Shown here: piece by piece, positions 36,793 to 49,130 of the stretch
How positions within the stretch are numbered: position 1 is the first letter of the stretch
How the letters are laid out: every line of letters starts with the position of its first letter
Assembly (NCBI RefSeq): GCF_018977255.1
Contig: NW_024704742.1
Location: 2,234,001-2,298,000, forward strand
DNA: 64,000 nucleotides
Origin: Callorhinchus milii
Lineage: Eukaryota
Reading direction: 5' to 3'
Notes under the pieces: generated by a model
What the model was told of the DNA's origin: nothing
The model's database searches: none
Seen by the model: the letters and a program-made list of their open reading frames with translations, nothing else
Program-made: the position numbers and the translations under genes

Positions 36793-37121
36793 GTGGAGTC
36801 CTGTAGCTCAGTGGTTAGAGCACTCGCTTTGCAAGCGAGAGACCTGAGTTCAATTCCAGGCAGAGGGCGAAACCTTGGGCAAGTTTCCTTACTCCACACA
36901 GAGCCTAATAATAATCCCTCCAAAAACCAAAAACAATAATAAATTGGTCATTTTCAATCTACGACTGTTTGTGGGACATTGCTGTGCGCAATTGGCTGCC
37001 GCGTTCGCCCACAAATATACAGTCAATTCACTTTACAGTGTGTTCTGTGAAGCGCTTTGGGACGTCCTCCCGACGTGAAAAGCGCTATACTAAATGCAAG
37101 GATTATTATTATTATTATTAT
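36793..37121 (+). mobile_element. Full-length tRNA-Ala-derived SINE, subfamily A
   Basis: A box TAGCTCAGTGG, anticodon arm ctcgc-tttgcaa-gcgag, B box GTTCAATTCC, conserved body, 3' hairpin tail and (TTA)n end. Near-identical copies occur elsewhere in the window. Confidence 0.92.
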
Positions 37122-37386
37122 CAATTTGTTGGCTGTAGAAGCATTAGTGTATCTTATGTACGATCACTGTGTTTGCCGAGCTTCCTGCTCTGCTCCAGCA
37201 CAGCAACCAAACCCATGAGGGCTCACCATATATAAAATTGTATGCAATTTTATGTAGTACCATTTTGCCCATCTAGTCTATGTTAGCGTTTATGCTCCAG
37301 ATGAGCCTCCACCCGTCCTAATCCCCTCTTCCTATTCCCCCATCTCCACTTTCCAAACAATACCCATACTATTCCCTTCTCCTTCA

Positions 37387-37755
37387 TGGAGTCCTGTAGC
37401 TCAGTGGTTAGAGCACTCGCCTCGGAAGCAAAAGACTTGGGTTCGGTTCCCGGAAGGGCAAAATGTTGGGCAGGTTTTCTTGCTCCACACGCCTCTGTTT
37501 ACCTAGCAGTAAGTAAGAACCCAGTCATTAGTCGGCTGGCGGATCGCTCTTCCTGCGGTAATAATTCCTTTAAAAAAATACTAGTAATAAATTGGTCACT
37601 CAATCCACGACTGTTTGTGGGGACGCTGCTGTGTGCAATTGGCTGCCATGTTTCGCCCACAAAGCATACAATCAATTTACTTTACAGAGTATTCTGTGAA
37701 GCGCTTCGAAACATCTAAAAGACTTGATAAGGCGCTATATCAAATGCAAGGATTA
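37387..37755 (+). mobile_element. Full-length tRNA-headed SINE, subfamily B
   Basis: Same head as subfamily A plus an extra middle segment (gcctctgtttacctagcagtaagtaagaacc...ggcggatcgct) and a variant tail. Confidence 0.88.
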
Positions 37756-39631
37756 GTACTATTTATGTATGTAGCTTTGGGCATTTTGGCTTGTGTAGTG
37801 TTAATAGGAGATGAGTAGTGACTCGTCAGGCCCTCCAGGTCCTGCCGACAAGTCAGGTTGGCTGTACTATCACATGATGATTTTATTTCAGATCAAAATG
37901 TCAGATTAGCTGATTGAGGGGCAATTATGATTCAAACACAGATCCGTGCACAGATAGATACGTGCGCATGGATCAATACAAGGGCATGCACAGATATACT
38001 CACACACACACACACACACACTTACATAACCACTGTACACAAAGCCTCCCAATAATTTCAGCGTTATTTCCTTATCGGCATTGCTGTAAAAGGAAGCTGT
38101 GTAACAGTAAGGGAAGGCTTGTGGCTGAGCAGCTGTGGTGTCAGACTGTTTCAGTATGTGAATTTTCTGATTTGAAATGGTCTACAAAATTAGCAACTGC
38201 AGCAGATGGAGCATTAATCCCGTGGTGCACAACATCTTTGACCTCAGGGTCTAGAGTCTATCCTTCTTGCTGTCTCGGAGGCCGAACGCATGCATATCAT
38301 TTCAACTCACAAATGCGACCCAAAAAGCGTCAGGCAAAAACTTGTTTGACTTTCCAGCCATTAGTTACCACAGTGTTTACATAACACCTCCCAACCCAGC
38401 TTTCATAAGATTAATTTAATGTCTTGTGGCAGTACATTTAATGTAACTGCACTAATGTTCCCCTCCCACTCCCCCAAAAAATAATTGATTGTAAAGAACA
38501 ACGTGGTCTGGGATGATGACCTAATATTTTAAAATTCATATTACAGGCCAGTTGAAGTGATTTCCCCGGGGCTAAGGAAAACCACAACAACTTGCATTTA
38601 CATGTCACGCTTCACGTAGAACAGTGCCTTGGGATGATCAGAACCCTTCTAGAGATTTGCAATGTATAACTGCGCTCGAGGCACACAAAGTCACCAAGAG
38701 ACAGATTTGGCTCGAACCTCGTCTTGCACTGTGTTGCAGAAGTCTGTAAAGATTTGACCCCAGGACCTAGGGTTAAATACGCTCAATGTCTGAAAATGTC
38801 TGATAGTGAGGACCAAAGCTGACAATGCCTTAAGAATGCAACTCAAAGAAAAAAAAAAGTCAGTGTCTCGGTGTCTATGTTTGCGCGTAGAGAATAGTGG
38901 TTCTCCCCTCCTGAAGAAATCCTCCCTCTCCGCGCTCCCCACTCCCCCTACCACACACACACACACACACCATCTTTCTAATTCTCTCCTGTAGTCCCTG
39001 CCTTTCACTGAGTTATGGTAAAAAAGGTTGATAACAGCCTCCCCATTACCCATTCAAGTGGCTTTCTTCCATGCGTCAACCAGGACAGTGAGGATCAATA
39101 AGCTATCGATGGTAGGGTTATCTTAGGTGAATCAGATCTTGTCCTCACTCAAAACCCCACCGACATACACTTTCGAGTGGTTCGCTGCCCAGTGATTAAG
39201 AATAGGAGGAACTGTGGCAGATTTTCTCCTTCCCTAAAGTGCATTCATCCAATTCATCACTATGCTAATAGGGTGTCCCAGCTCTTTACTACTCACTGCC
39301 TCTGAATGAAATACTTCCTGCCTTCTGTCTTAAATTTGCCTTTCACAAACTTGAACCGGTTACCCTCGGGTGCTGCTGCCTCGGCATATTTTAAAGCATT
39401 TTCTGGGCTCACCTGCTCTGAGATGGATCAATGCAAAGCAGAAGAGCCATAGCTCATCTCACGTTGGAGAATCATCCTCGCTGCTCTCTACATTTATTAA
39501 ATTAATAAATTAACTCTGTACATTTATTCTATCACAACCAGAAGTGTACGCCTTCCTCTAGGTGCAGGCTGACCGAAGGATTGTGTAGCTTGAACACGCT
39601 ATGGACTGCATCCTGTCTGTTTTGTTTAATG

Positions 39632-39753
39632 TTCACCCACAAATATACAGTCAATTCACTTTACAGTGTGTTCTGTGAAGCGCTTTGGGACGTCCTCCCG
39701 ACGTGAAAAGCGCTATATCAAATGCAAGGATTATTATTATTATTATTATTATT
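39632..39753 (+). mobile_element. SINE subfamily A 3' tail
   Basis: Near-perfect match to about 37003-37121. Confidence 0.88.
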
Positions 39754-39755
39754 AA

Positions 39756-39925
39756 TGTTGCCTTACGCAGTTTGGACGCAGTGAGCAATGAGTCAATTAA
39801 AAACCCTCGCTCTCTGTCAATTTCCCACTTGGCAGGTATCATCCCATCCATGGAGTACATGCGCCTCCTATTTTTACGTCCCAAATGCAGCAATTTACAT
39901 TTATCTGCACCGAGCAACATTTGAC
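39756..39925 (-). mobile_element. CR1 ORF2 fragment
   Basis: Minus-strand ORF reads DKCKLLHLGRKN...RERGFLIDSLL. Confidence 0.75.
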
Positions 39926-41119
39926 ACTGAGCAGCCCAGGTACATACCCTGTCATCGCTCTCTTTGTAAGGTTCTGCCAGGAGTACTTTTTTTATTCCAA
40001 TGGGACTAGGGATTTGGAGCCTCAGATGTGACTTTCAGTTCATTGCGACCCGGTAGGTTTCTCTGACATTTGAAACGGAAGATATGGCTTCCTGGCACCG
40101 TTTTTTTTTTTTTTTTTTGAATATGTTTTTCTGCCCTCTGAAATTCTGGTGCTTTGAAACATTGCTGTCTTGAATTTTGAATTCGAAGCTTCCTTCAGGT
40201 TGGTTTTACTTGTTTGGAGTTGGGCTTTAATCTCATTTTGCCGTTCCATTAAATTATTCACAATCCATGCAAAGAAATCCGAAGTTACCCCCCACCCCCA
40301 CCACCCACCCCCGAAATTGGTTGAAACTGATCTTTTGTGCAGCCTTCTACTGAAGGTAAATGATGGAAACTGTTCACTGCAGATACTTTGCTGCATTGAT
40401 GGTAAATTAATGTTGAAGGATAAAAACACTGATGGCAAACAAATCTTTTCTGTATATATATACATGCATATAAAAATATACAGAGTCAACAATCACATCA
40501 CTTTACAGTATATCCCGTGAGATGTCTCGATGACATGATCAGGCACTATACGAAATGCAAGGATTATTCTTATTAGAGTTAGTTTTTTTCTGAAACTTGT
40601 TTTTCTGTGCTTCTATTTGTGCTTTGCTTCTCCGTTTCAGAGGCTAAGTGGAACTCACTGCTGGTAGACACTCACAAAATACATTTCAGGGATGGGTGAT
40701 AAAACCTAGCGTGTGTTTGCACCAAATACACATCACATTTAAACATAGCTACATTATATAACTACAACGGTACATTACACTGATTATTTTACTTCATATC
40801 TCCTATTGAGAAGCACGTGAACATGAGCACCTGAATTTCTTTACTTTAAAATGTGACGAAGGATTGTTATCTTTATCGAAGCTTCCTCAATCAACTACAT
40901 TATAATTTACGCCTCCAGTGCTGTGTTCAGTACTTCATATAATAAGTATAGAGATAACCTGGAAAAGTACCACTTGGTTTAAACTCCATTGTAGAAAGAT
41001 TTGATTAATACTTCCACTTAAAGCTGTTCCAAAGTTTGTTTCAACTACTGAAGGGTCCAGTCCTCGATTGGTTCAAATCCTATCTTTGGCGTTGTCTCCA
41101 TTTGTCTCCATGAACGGCT

Positions 41120-41510
41120 TGTCCTCCAGCCCCCACCTCGTCCCATCGGCGTTCCTCAGGGTTCTGTCCTTGGTCCTCTCCTCTTCAATATCTATACGCT
41201 CTCTTTTCGTGACATGAGGTCAACTTACACATGTCTGCGGATGACATCCAACTCCATCTCTCTGCCTCCACCCTCTGGAACTCCATCCCACAGTCCCTTA
41301 GCCTTGCTCCCTCCCTTGCCTCCTTAAAGGCAAGGCTACAAACCCTCTTCTTCGACCACACCTTTGGTCACCCTCCTAACCCAACATTCCCTGCCCTCCA
41401 TCCTCCCTGATCCCAACCCCTGCTCTGGTCCAAATCCCTGACTGTCCAGCGTCTTGAGACGTCCTCCCGACGTGAAAGGCGCTAATCAAATGCAGTTTGT
41501 TGCTGTTGTT
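41120..41510 (+). mobile_element. L2 derivative: RT core fused directly to the 3' end
   Basis: GVPQGSVLGPLLFNIY and ADDIQL motifs at 41148-41255, then ctctggaactccatcccacag..., the hairpin tail and (GTT)n. Confidence 0.8.
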
Positions 41511-43059
41511 CTTGAATGATGAGCAATTTTAATCGAAAAGACCCTCGCTTGAAAGATCAGGCAATTTCCGTGGCAATGCAGGTAGCACTTGTGAGATATC
41601 TTGCAGTCCACGTCGTCAAACAAAGAAACTGTGCCTGATCTCAATCAGGCAGTTGAGCCACAGGTGACCCGTAAACAACAACAACAACAACACCTTGCAT
41701 TTATATCTCACCCTTTATGCAGGATAGCGTCCCAGAGGCACTTGAGAAACCTCATCCGCGAGGATACACCCGGCATCTTTTCGTCGATTAGTGTTTGGAG
41801 TCTGGGGGGGGTCACACGTTCCCCCAAGAAACCATTATGCTTTTGCGCGCCCAGTGAGCCCTTCCGCACTCCCCCAGCTCATCTGTGACGCCCTTGGCAA
41901 TTGGAACTATTGCCTACAAAATGTACAGTCGCTGCGCTTTACGGCATATCCCGTGAAGTGCTTCGAAACGTCCTCCCGACGTGAAAGGTGTGATATCACA
42001 TGAGACGGGCTTATCGTTGTCCGACCGCTCCCGTGGCAATGCCGTGCTCTGGAAGCTATGGCGTTTTTTTACCCAGCTACTGGGGCAGATGGCCGCTCTC
42101 AACGATGGCACTGGCAACGGGCAGCCTTGCGTTCAAGTGGCAGAGGAACAGCAGGCTGCTGATGAAATGGCTTCAGGCAACAATGAGGAAGCTACGGAGT
42201 ACATCATAGCCTTCTTTTTGGCAGAGGCAAGGAGGAGAGCCAACGTTCCGAAAAATGACAAGTTTGCTTACAACCTGAAGCATACAACAATATAAACTGC
42301 CTCAGGTTTCTCCCCGAGCAACATCACACCTATTTTTGGCAGGAAATAGTATATCCTACCCTACGATCGACCCTTGTAAGGCAAACCTACCGCACAGTGG
42401 ATACTTTTTGGGTTCAGCCGGGTGTCTGACACGTGCGGAAACCTGTCACCGTTGCTTAAGAGTTCCAAACCAAGCTGAGATTTCCACACCTCCCACTTAT
42501 ACATGGAAATCCCAGAGATAGGTTGTTGGAATGGTGCGTGCTCTCTCCCTGGAGGGGCGCAGCCTGCTCACCTAATTCTGAAAGTATTAGGCGCAGGTTG
42601 GCAAGAGCCAAGGCTTAGACAACCCCAGAGTATGCGTTGGGGTTCTGCGGGAGTCGAAACAGCTAAAGCAGCACAGCTTGCCATTGAAATTGCTGCCCGT
42701 CAAGCTTTCCTGCTGCTTGTCCAGCTCGGACAACCCTACCCATTAGGGCTTTGGCTTGCAGGGTTAACAAGACCCGAGTGGGATGACTCCCTGCCCCCTA
42801 GTGACTGCTCTGCCCTTCCAGAGCCAGATGAGCCAGGTTGTCTGTGCTGTCCTCAGTGTTTCTCTGGAATACTGCGTACCTACCTGGTTCAGGAACTGAG
42901 ATCGATCGCCTTTTAAACACCCAAATTGAATATGGACCTGTGGGCTTCTGGGGTAACGCATTGTATATTCTCACAACCTTTGTGCGAAGGAATGCTTTCC
43001 GATTCAAAGGTACGCTGGCTTCTCTACGCAAACTCCCTGCTTGTCGGGCTCCCCAACAC

Positions 43060-43228
43060 CTAACTCCGTAGGCTGCAGATCATCCAGAACTCTGCAGCCC
43101 GTGTCCTGTCCCGCACCAGGCCCCGTGACCCTATCACCCCCGTCCTCACCCGACTCCACCGGCTTCCCGTCACACACACACACACACAGAGTTCAAGATC
43201 CTGGTCCTCACCATCAAAGCCCTCCACG
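43060..43228 (+). mobile_element. L2 fragment
   Basis: LQIIQNSAARVL...ITPVLTRLHRLP...FKILVLTIKALHG. Confidence 0.75.
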
Positions 43229-46150
43229 GTCTTTTTTAAAAAGAAATAGATCAAGTGTGACTCTTATGAAGAAACAACAAATCCAGCTTCGGATACCCTT
43301 TATTGTTTACCTGTTGACGTTCATCTCAATACCTCTGGAGGTACTGTAACATGCCTACCGGAGACATATGTCTTCAATTCAAGTGCTATTACTTCAGCAT
43401 TGGCTCAGTATATTCGAAACACCTTGAATGGCACCTTAACATCTATTCTCACACCTGTCCTGAAGTTTTCACTCGTGCTGTAAAGATGTGCCACTAGGTG
43501 GCACATAATCATGCAGTACTGTACGGTCCTATTATTGGCCTCAAATCGATTCTTCCAACACTTAGCGAAATCCTGACTAGAACTTTAGTACGCGAGAGTG
43601 TCGGTGGACTTAAAAGTGTCACGGCAACAGCAGGATCGTTTATCCAGCGTCCTCTTTCAATTTTTGATCGAAAAACTGGGCCGTAATAATAGGATACTGC
43701 GATGGTTGTCAAAATGGGTGAAAAGACGAGCTTCCTTTGTTCCTTATACTCGGACCTGTTTCTTGCCCCCATCTCACTCACCGTGGCCATCGGTCTATGT
43801 AATCACTACGTCCTCACTCTCTGAACCCTACCAAATCACAAGGTCTCCCGCCCCACCCGCCCGAACCCCCACCCCCGCCCGCCCCCCCCGTCCCTCCATT
43901 TCATCCGTTGCATCTGTTCCCTTCGTATCCTACAAATCTTATGTTGTTTCTGGAAGGGAAACGTTTCTCAAAACGGGGCATTCGGGCCTCGGCAGCCGAA
44001 AGGTTGGACCAACCAACCTGCCCAGAAGCTACTGATCTGGGGTTACTTTTCCAATCCCGGTTAAAATATTACACATCCCCAGTGTGAGGTGGCCTCGGAG
44101 TCATCGCCTTATCAAGAGCTTGTCTAATCTTTGCTCACAGCTCATTCCCCCAACTCTGTGGAAACATCCTAATTGCTCTCTTCTTCACTGGCTCTAGAGC
44201 CTGGGTAGTTCCCTTGTGCTGTGGCGGCCAGAGCTGTACACTGTACTCCAGGTACCCGAGTGACCGCGGACCACAGGTGAACAGTCGCATTTAAAGCATT
44301 TTGGTTCCCTAAACAGTAGGCTCAGCAAGCATTTTGCAAGCATTTGCTGGCTTAGCAGATGAAAGGCTGTGTTATATTGAATCCAGTTGGGGGCCTTTTG
44401 TTTCATGACTTACTTATCCAATGCCCATTGGACAGAACTATCTTTCTCTATCCGCCTGTGAGCGGCGGAGAGATTGGCTTTCAGTGCTTTACAATCAGAG
44501 ACGATGCTATTAGTGTAATTAGCAATTTTCGTACATGAGAATGGGTCTTGGGCCATTGGGTGAGAGAACATATGGATGCAATAGAGGACATTCATGTTGC
44601 ACAGTTGAATTGTACTGTGTGACATCCTATGTTCTCTCTGTGTTGCATTTGAGTTGATTTGTAATTGAATGCTTATTCCATTATTGTCAAGCACGTGATG
44701 CAGCGATGAAAACTCTTTTATCAAAGGAACTACCGTAAGGACCTCTCCATGTTTTGGATTAAAATGATACGAAAATACAATGTAAATAGGAACATTGGTG
44801 ATTTATTGAGTAAGCGCATTATCCATTCACCCCTTTGGAAGGGAGAGGAGAGAGAGATTGCTGTGCTTTTATGACTTTTGTAGGTTAAATTAGTGGATGC
44901 TCACAATTCATTTACTCCACATTATACTAGAACTGGGAATAGTTGATCCTTCCTTAACCAACATGGAAAATGCCAGGTTCCCAAGCACAAATGTCCATCG
45001 ATAAGCACCACAATTCCCCCAGAAATATATAAATCTGAAAAGCCGAATGACGGAAGAAAGCAAACACAATTATTTTGTAAAGTGTTCCCACCCTTTACTG
45101 ACTGTGTTGAAACTCGTTATATTATACAACGTCCGAGCTGTGTGCCCTTATCAAACAGATTGACATTGTTTCAGCACAGATAGTGCTGTCTAGACACCTT
45201 GTAATGGGAGCTAACCTTTCTCTAGGCACAACGCAATTAGTTATATCAGGCTATCACCGAGGAGTCAACAGTCAGGGTCTAGACTGTAACCGTAGCGGTC
45301 TGCAAAAAAATCCTTCAAAGTGAGATCTGAGAGTAAATCCGAATAAAACTTTTAAAAATTGTATAACTGTCCAAGTCGTGCATTCACCCAAGTGCCGGTT
45401 CAGTTTCCTATCAAAACACGTAGATTTCTCCGCACGACTCGTATTAATCGCCTCCTAACCCGCTACACCGCTCCCCTACCCTCCATTACTCCCGCACTTA
45501 TCAGGTGCCTTGAATCACGGGAAATGACGTCCTAACCGAACACTTACCGGCCGACTGCCCTAAATTGCAGGGAAAATAGTCTTGATCCATCACCGCACGC
45601 GCAGAATCGTGGGAAGTAACGTTGTTTCCCACGACCCAATGGATTCCAACACTTGCCGGTCGGTAAGTGCGTATGGCGGTGAACGGATAGATACACATTG
45701 AATCACAGGAAAAGTAGTCCTGTCCCTAATGGAGGTTTGTGTGTCAGCCCTGGCGCATTGGTGGGACTCTTGCCCTTGAGTCAGAAGGTTGTAGGCAATC
45801 ACCGTGCACTAATTGGCTGTTTGTCCACAAAAATAGACAGCCTCTATGCTTCACGGGAAAAATCCTCTGAAGATCTTTGGGATGTCCTCCTGATGTGAGA
45901 GGAGCTATACCAAATGTAGTAATTATTGTTATTTGTTATTATTGTTATTATTAATAATAATCCTTGTGTTTGATATAGCGCCTTAGCACAGACGGAAAGA
46001 CAGGGAGATTGCAAATCCAGAGTTAAATGTCAGCTAAGTTATCGGTCCGAATTGGGAAGAGGGAATGCTGGATTTAGCCTCAGCATTTCTTAATTATGAA
46101 GAGGTAAATCAACCAAGGTTCTCACTCCTGTTGGCTATCCAGAAACCTCA

Positions 46151-46507
46151 TAATAATAATAATAATAATCCTTGCATTTGATGAAGCATCTTATCACGTC
46201 GTTGAGATGTCTCAAAGCGCAAAGAATATACTGTAAAGTGAATTGACTGTGTACTTTGTGGGCAAAACACAGCAGCCACAGCAATGTCCCACAAACAGTC
46301 GTGGATTAACTGCCCAGATTTTTTTGGGGGGAAGAAATTATTACCCCCGGAAAGCAATTCTGACTAACAACCGGGTTACTACTTACTGCTAGGTAAATAA
46401 AGGCGTGTGGAGTAAGGAAACTTGGCTAAGGTTTCGCCCCGCCTGAGAATCGATCCCGGGTCCTCTCGCTTGCGAGGCGAGCGTGTTACCCACTAAGTTA
46501 TGGAACT
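46151..46507 (-). mobile_element. Full-length SINE, subfamily B
   Basis: Reverse complement has the head (ctcgcctcgcaagcgag), B middle segment, tail and (TTA)n. Confidence 0.88.
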
Positions 46508-48569
46508 CAGCAAACGGACCTCACCTGGAAGATGTCATGTGGACCGTGAGGAGGCTCTAGTGAGAGCCAAGCAGGATGACTTTGGTTCTGTTGACATTCA
46601 GTTGAAGTAAATTAAGTCCGTGTCCGTCAGAAGAGCCCACAAAATAATTTCGCACAATGCTTTTTAAAAATCAACTGAGCTTCTCGTCAATGCATCTCTC
46701 GGGTGCAGATGTGATATGAACAGCCTAAGTACAATTTTTTAATGTGTCGGCATTGAAGGGCAGTGAATAACGCAGTCTTATATCATCCGAACCGCATGCA
46801 CTGAGCAATCAATACAGACTGTGGAAATGTTTGATTTTTCTCCCTAGTTAACAGCCAAAATGAATATTCAAACCTTCATGTAAACGTACACTTGGAAGAT
46901 AGATGTTGCCTTTGCACACAGGGATTGGAAGTGCAGAGCGCTGCCAGCGTTCGGAAAAGATACCGTAAATCACAATCCATACTTGGTAACGGTGGTGCGG
47001 TGATTCATATCACACAGCTTCAACAAGACACACGGCCCTGTGCAAATTCGGTACTGCCTCGAGGTGGCAAAGGGCAAGCTCAAAGGTGCGATAAGGCAGT
47101 GAAAAGGTTTTGTGCAGAACTGGACACAATTCAGCACAACATCGCACAAGCCTCAAAACAACACGGTATCGCCCTTTTGTTATTCACGACACGAAGTTTA
47201 GTTTGCTGTCGTGATGATTTAACCCCAGGCTTACCAGTGGTGCTGCGAAGGTTAAGCACTCAACGGGTGTGTCAAGCGTAACGCCTCATCCAAAACTTTG
47301 CAGCTCCTACCAAGTAATAGGATAGATTTATATATCTGTGGTAAGAATCTTGGATTTGAAAGGAAGGGCTCCAGCTTAATACTGTACCTGTATCTGAGCT
47401 ATTGACCGGGGCCAATAGAAAACTGTAGAAATCGTTGCCAAAAATTGTGGGGTACTTTACCAAAATTGCAGGAAATTGCGGGGTTAAATTGGTGCTGCTG
47501 AGAGGTATTTTCCTTTGCTGCTGACCTACATTTTTTTTTACACTTTATCGATAAAAACTTAAACGTGAACAAATAACACATATCAGGTTGTTGCAAAAAA
47601 AAAATGCGTTGATGCTTCTTTCTTTAACAAAAACTGGGCGCCCCATTTGGGGTGGGTGGGTGGGTGGGTGGAGGGGCGAATTAGTCCTGACTGAGGCACC
47701 CCAGAAGGTGACAAGCTCCCGCCTCTGTGCACAGACACAGAGAGAGCGACGCACACTCACAGACAGACAGACAGACAGAGAGAGAGAGAGAGACACACAC
47801 ACACACACACACAACACACACGCGTGCACAGGCACAGAGACACACACCTTGACGTCGATCACACAGCCAGCAACGGTGCAAGAGGGCCAAGGCCCTAAGA
47901 TCACTGTGCTTGTGTAGGTTTGTAGAGGAGGGGTGTGTGTGTGTGTGTCGCAGAATCTGCGGAAAAATTGTGGCCGCACTTTTTCTATTGGCCACGGCTG
48001 TCACTCTAGATGAGAGCTGCGGTCGTTGTGTTTATTGCCTCTTCCCCGGGAGTGCTGACTTTCTCATTTACAGGTGGCTTTTGATGTTTTAATTAAAAAT
48101 GGCATTAAAATGTAATCCGGGTCCAAAGTCTGTCAGCCGTCTTTTGAGATAAGCAACTCTTGTCTTCGCCCAGGCTTTGGTACCAATAAACTCCCAGTGA
48201 TATTAAAGCCTTTCATTATATTTACAGTTTGTCAAAAGCAATATTTCATCAATTTTAATGTCAGTCGGTTTAACCTCCCTCTGCATCATGAGGTCAACGG
48301 TTATTACACCGGACGGAAATATTACCGGTACGCCTATCATGCAACGTGTGGATAATCAGAACTGGGCGGGAAAAGGCATACAATGCAGGAACACTTCATT
48401 TCAATAATTCTCATGCATTGGAGGAATTAGTAATAGGAAAGGTCAGGCGACGGAGAGGGAATATTGATCAGCAATCATGATTACAGCTTTTGGAAAAGCC
48501 ATTGATCTGGGAGAGATTGAGGTTTAGGATCATTTAATGCAATGATGCACATCTGATATGTAACTTTTA

Positions 48570-49130
48570 GAATCCGATACTCCTCCAAGGCCGAGGCCCT
48601 CCTGATTGCCTCCCGTCAGCGCCTCCACACCTCAGGCGCTGACAGCATCACCATCCATGGTTACACACTCCACCTCACTGAGCCGGTCCAGAACCTTGGC
48701 GTCTTGTTTGACCCTCATCTGTCCTTTCTACCCCACATCCGTGCCATGACCCACTCTGCCTTCCCCCCCACCTCCGCAACATCACCTGGCTCCGACACTG
48801 TCTCACACCGCAGGCCGCCAAAACCCTTCACGGCCTCGCTCCCCCCTACCTCTGTGACCTCCTAACTCCCTACCACCCTGCTCGCTCCCTCCGCTCAGCG
48901 GGTACCGGCCTGTTTCACGACCCCCGGCTCACCCGCCCCACCATTGGTGGGCAGCTCTTCTGCCACTCTGCCCCCACCCTCTGGAACTCCATCCCGCAGA
49001 CCCTCCACCTCAACCCCTCTCTTGCCTCCTTCAAGGCCGGTCTCAAGACCCTCCTTTCCGACCGTGCTGTTGGTCCCCCTCCTTCCCCCATTGCCCTCCA
49101 CCCTTCCTGATCTCAACCCCCAGCTCGGAT
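48570..49130 (+). mobile_element. L2 ORF2 3' fragment with internal deletion
   Basis: VQNLGVLFDPHLSF.PHI and HLRNITWLR-like motifs, then a jump to the pyrimidine-rich L2 C-terminus. Confidence 0.82.

Noticed and set aside
36795..36865. tRNA-Ala gene
   Set aside because: No proper acceptor stem or terminator; it runs into a SINE body present in many copies.
41519..41590. Possible GRID2 exon 2 (gagcaatt = G-A-I)
   Set aside because: No AG acceptor; the peptide diverges from AIFDESAKKDD immediately and hits a stop.
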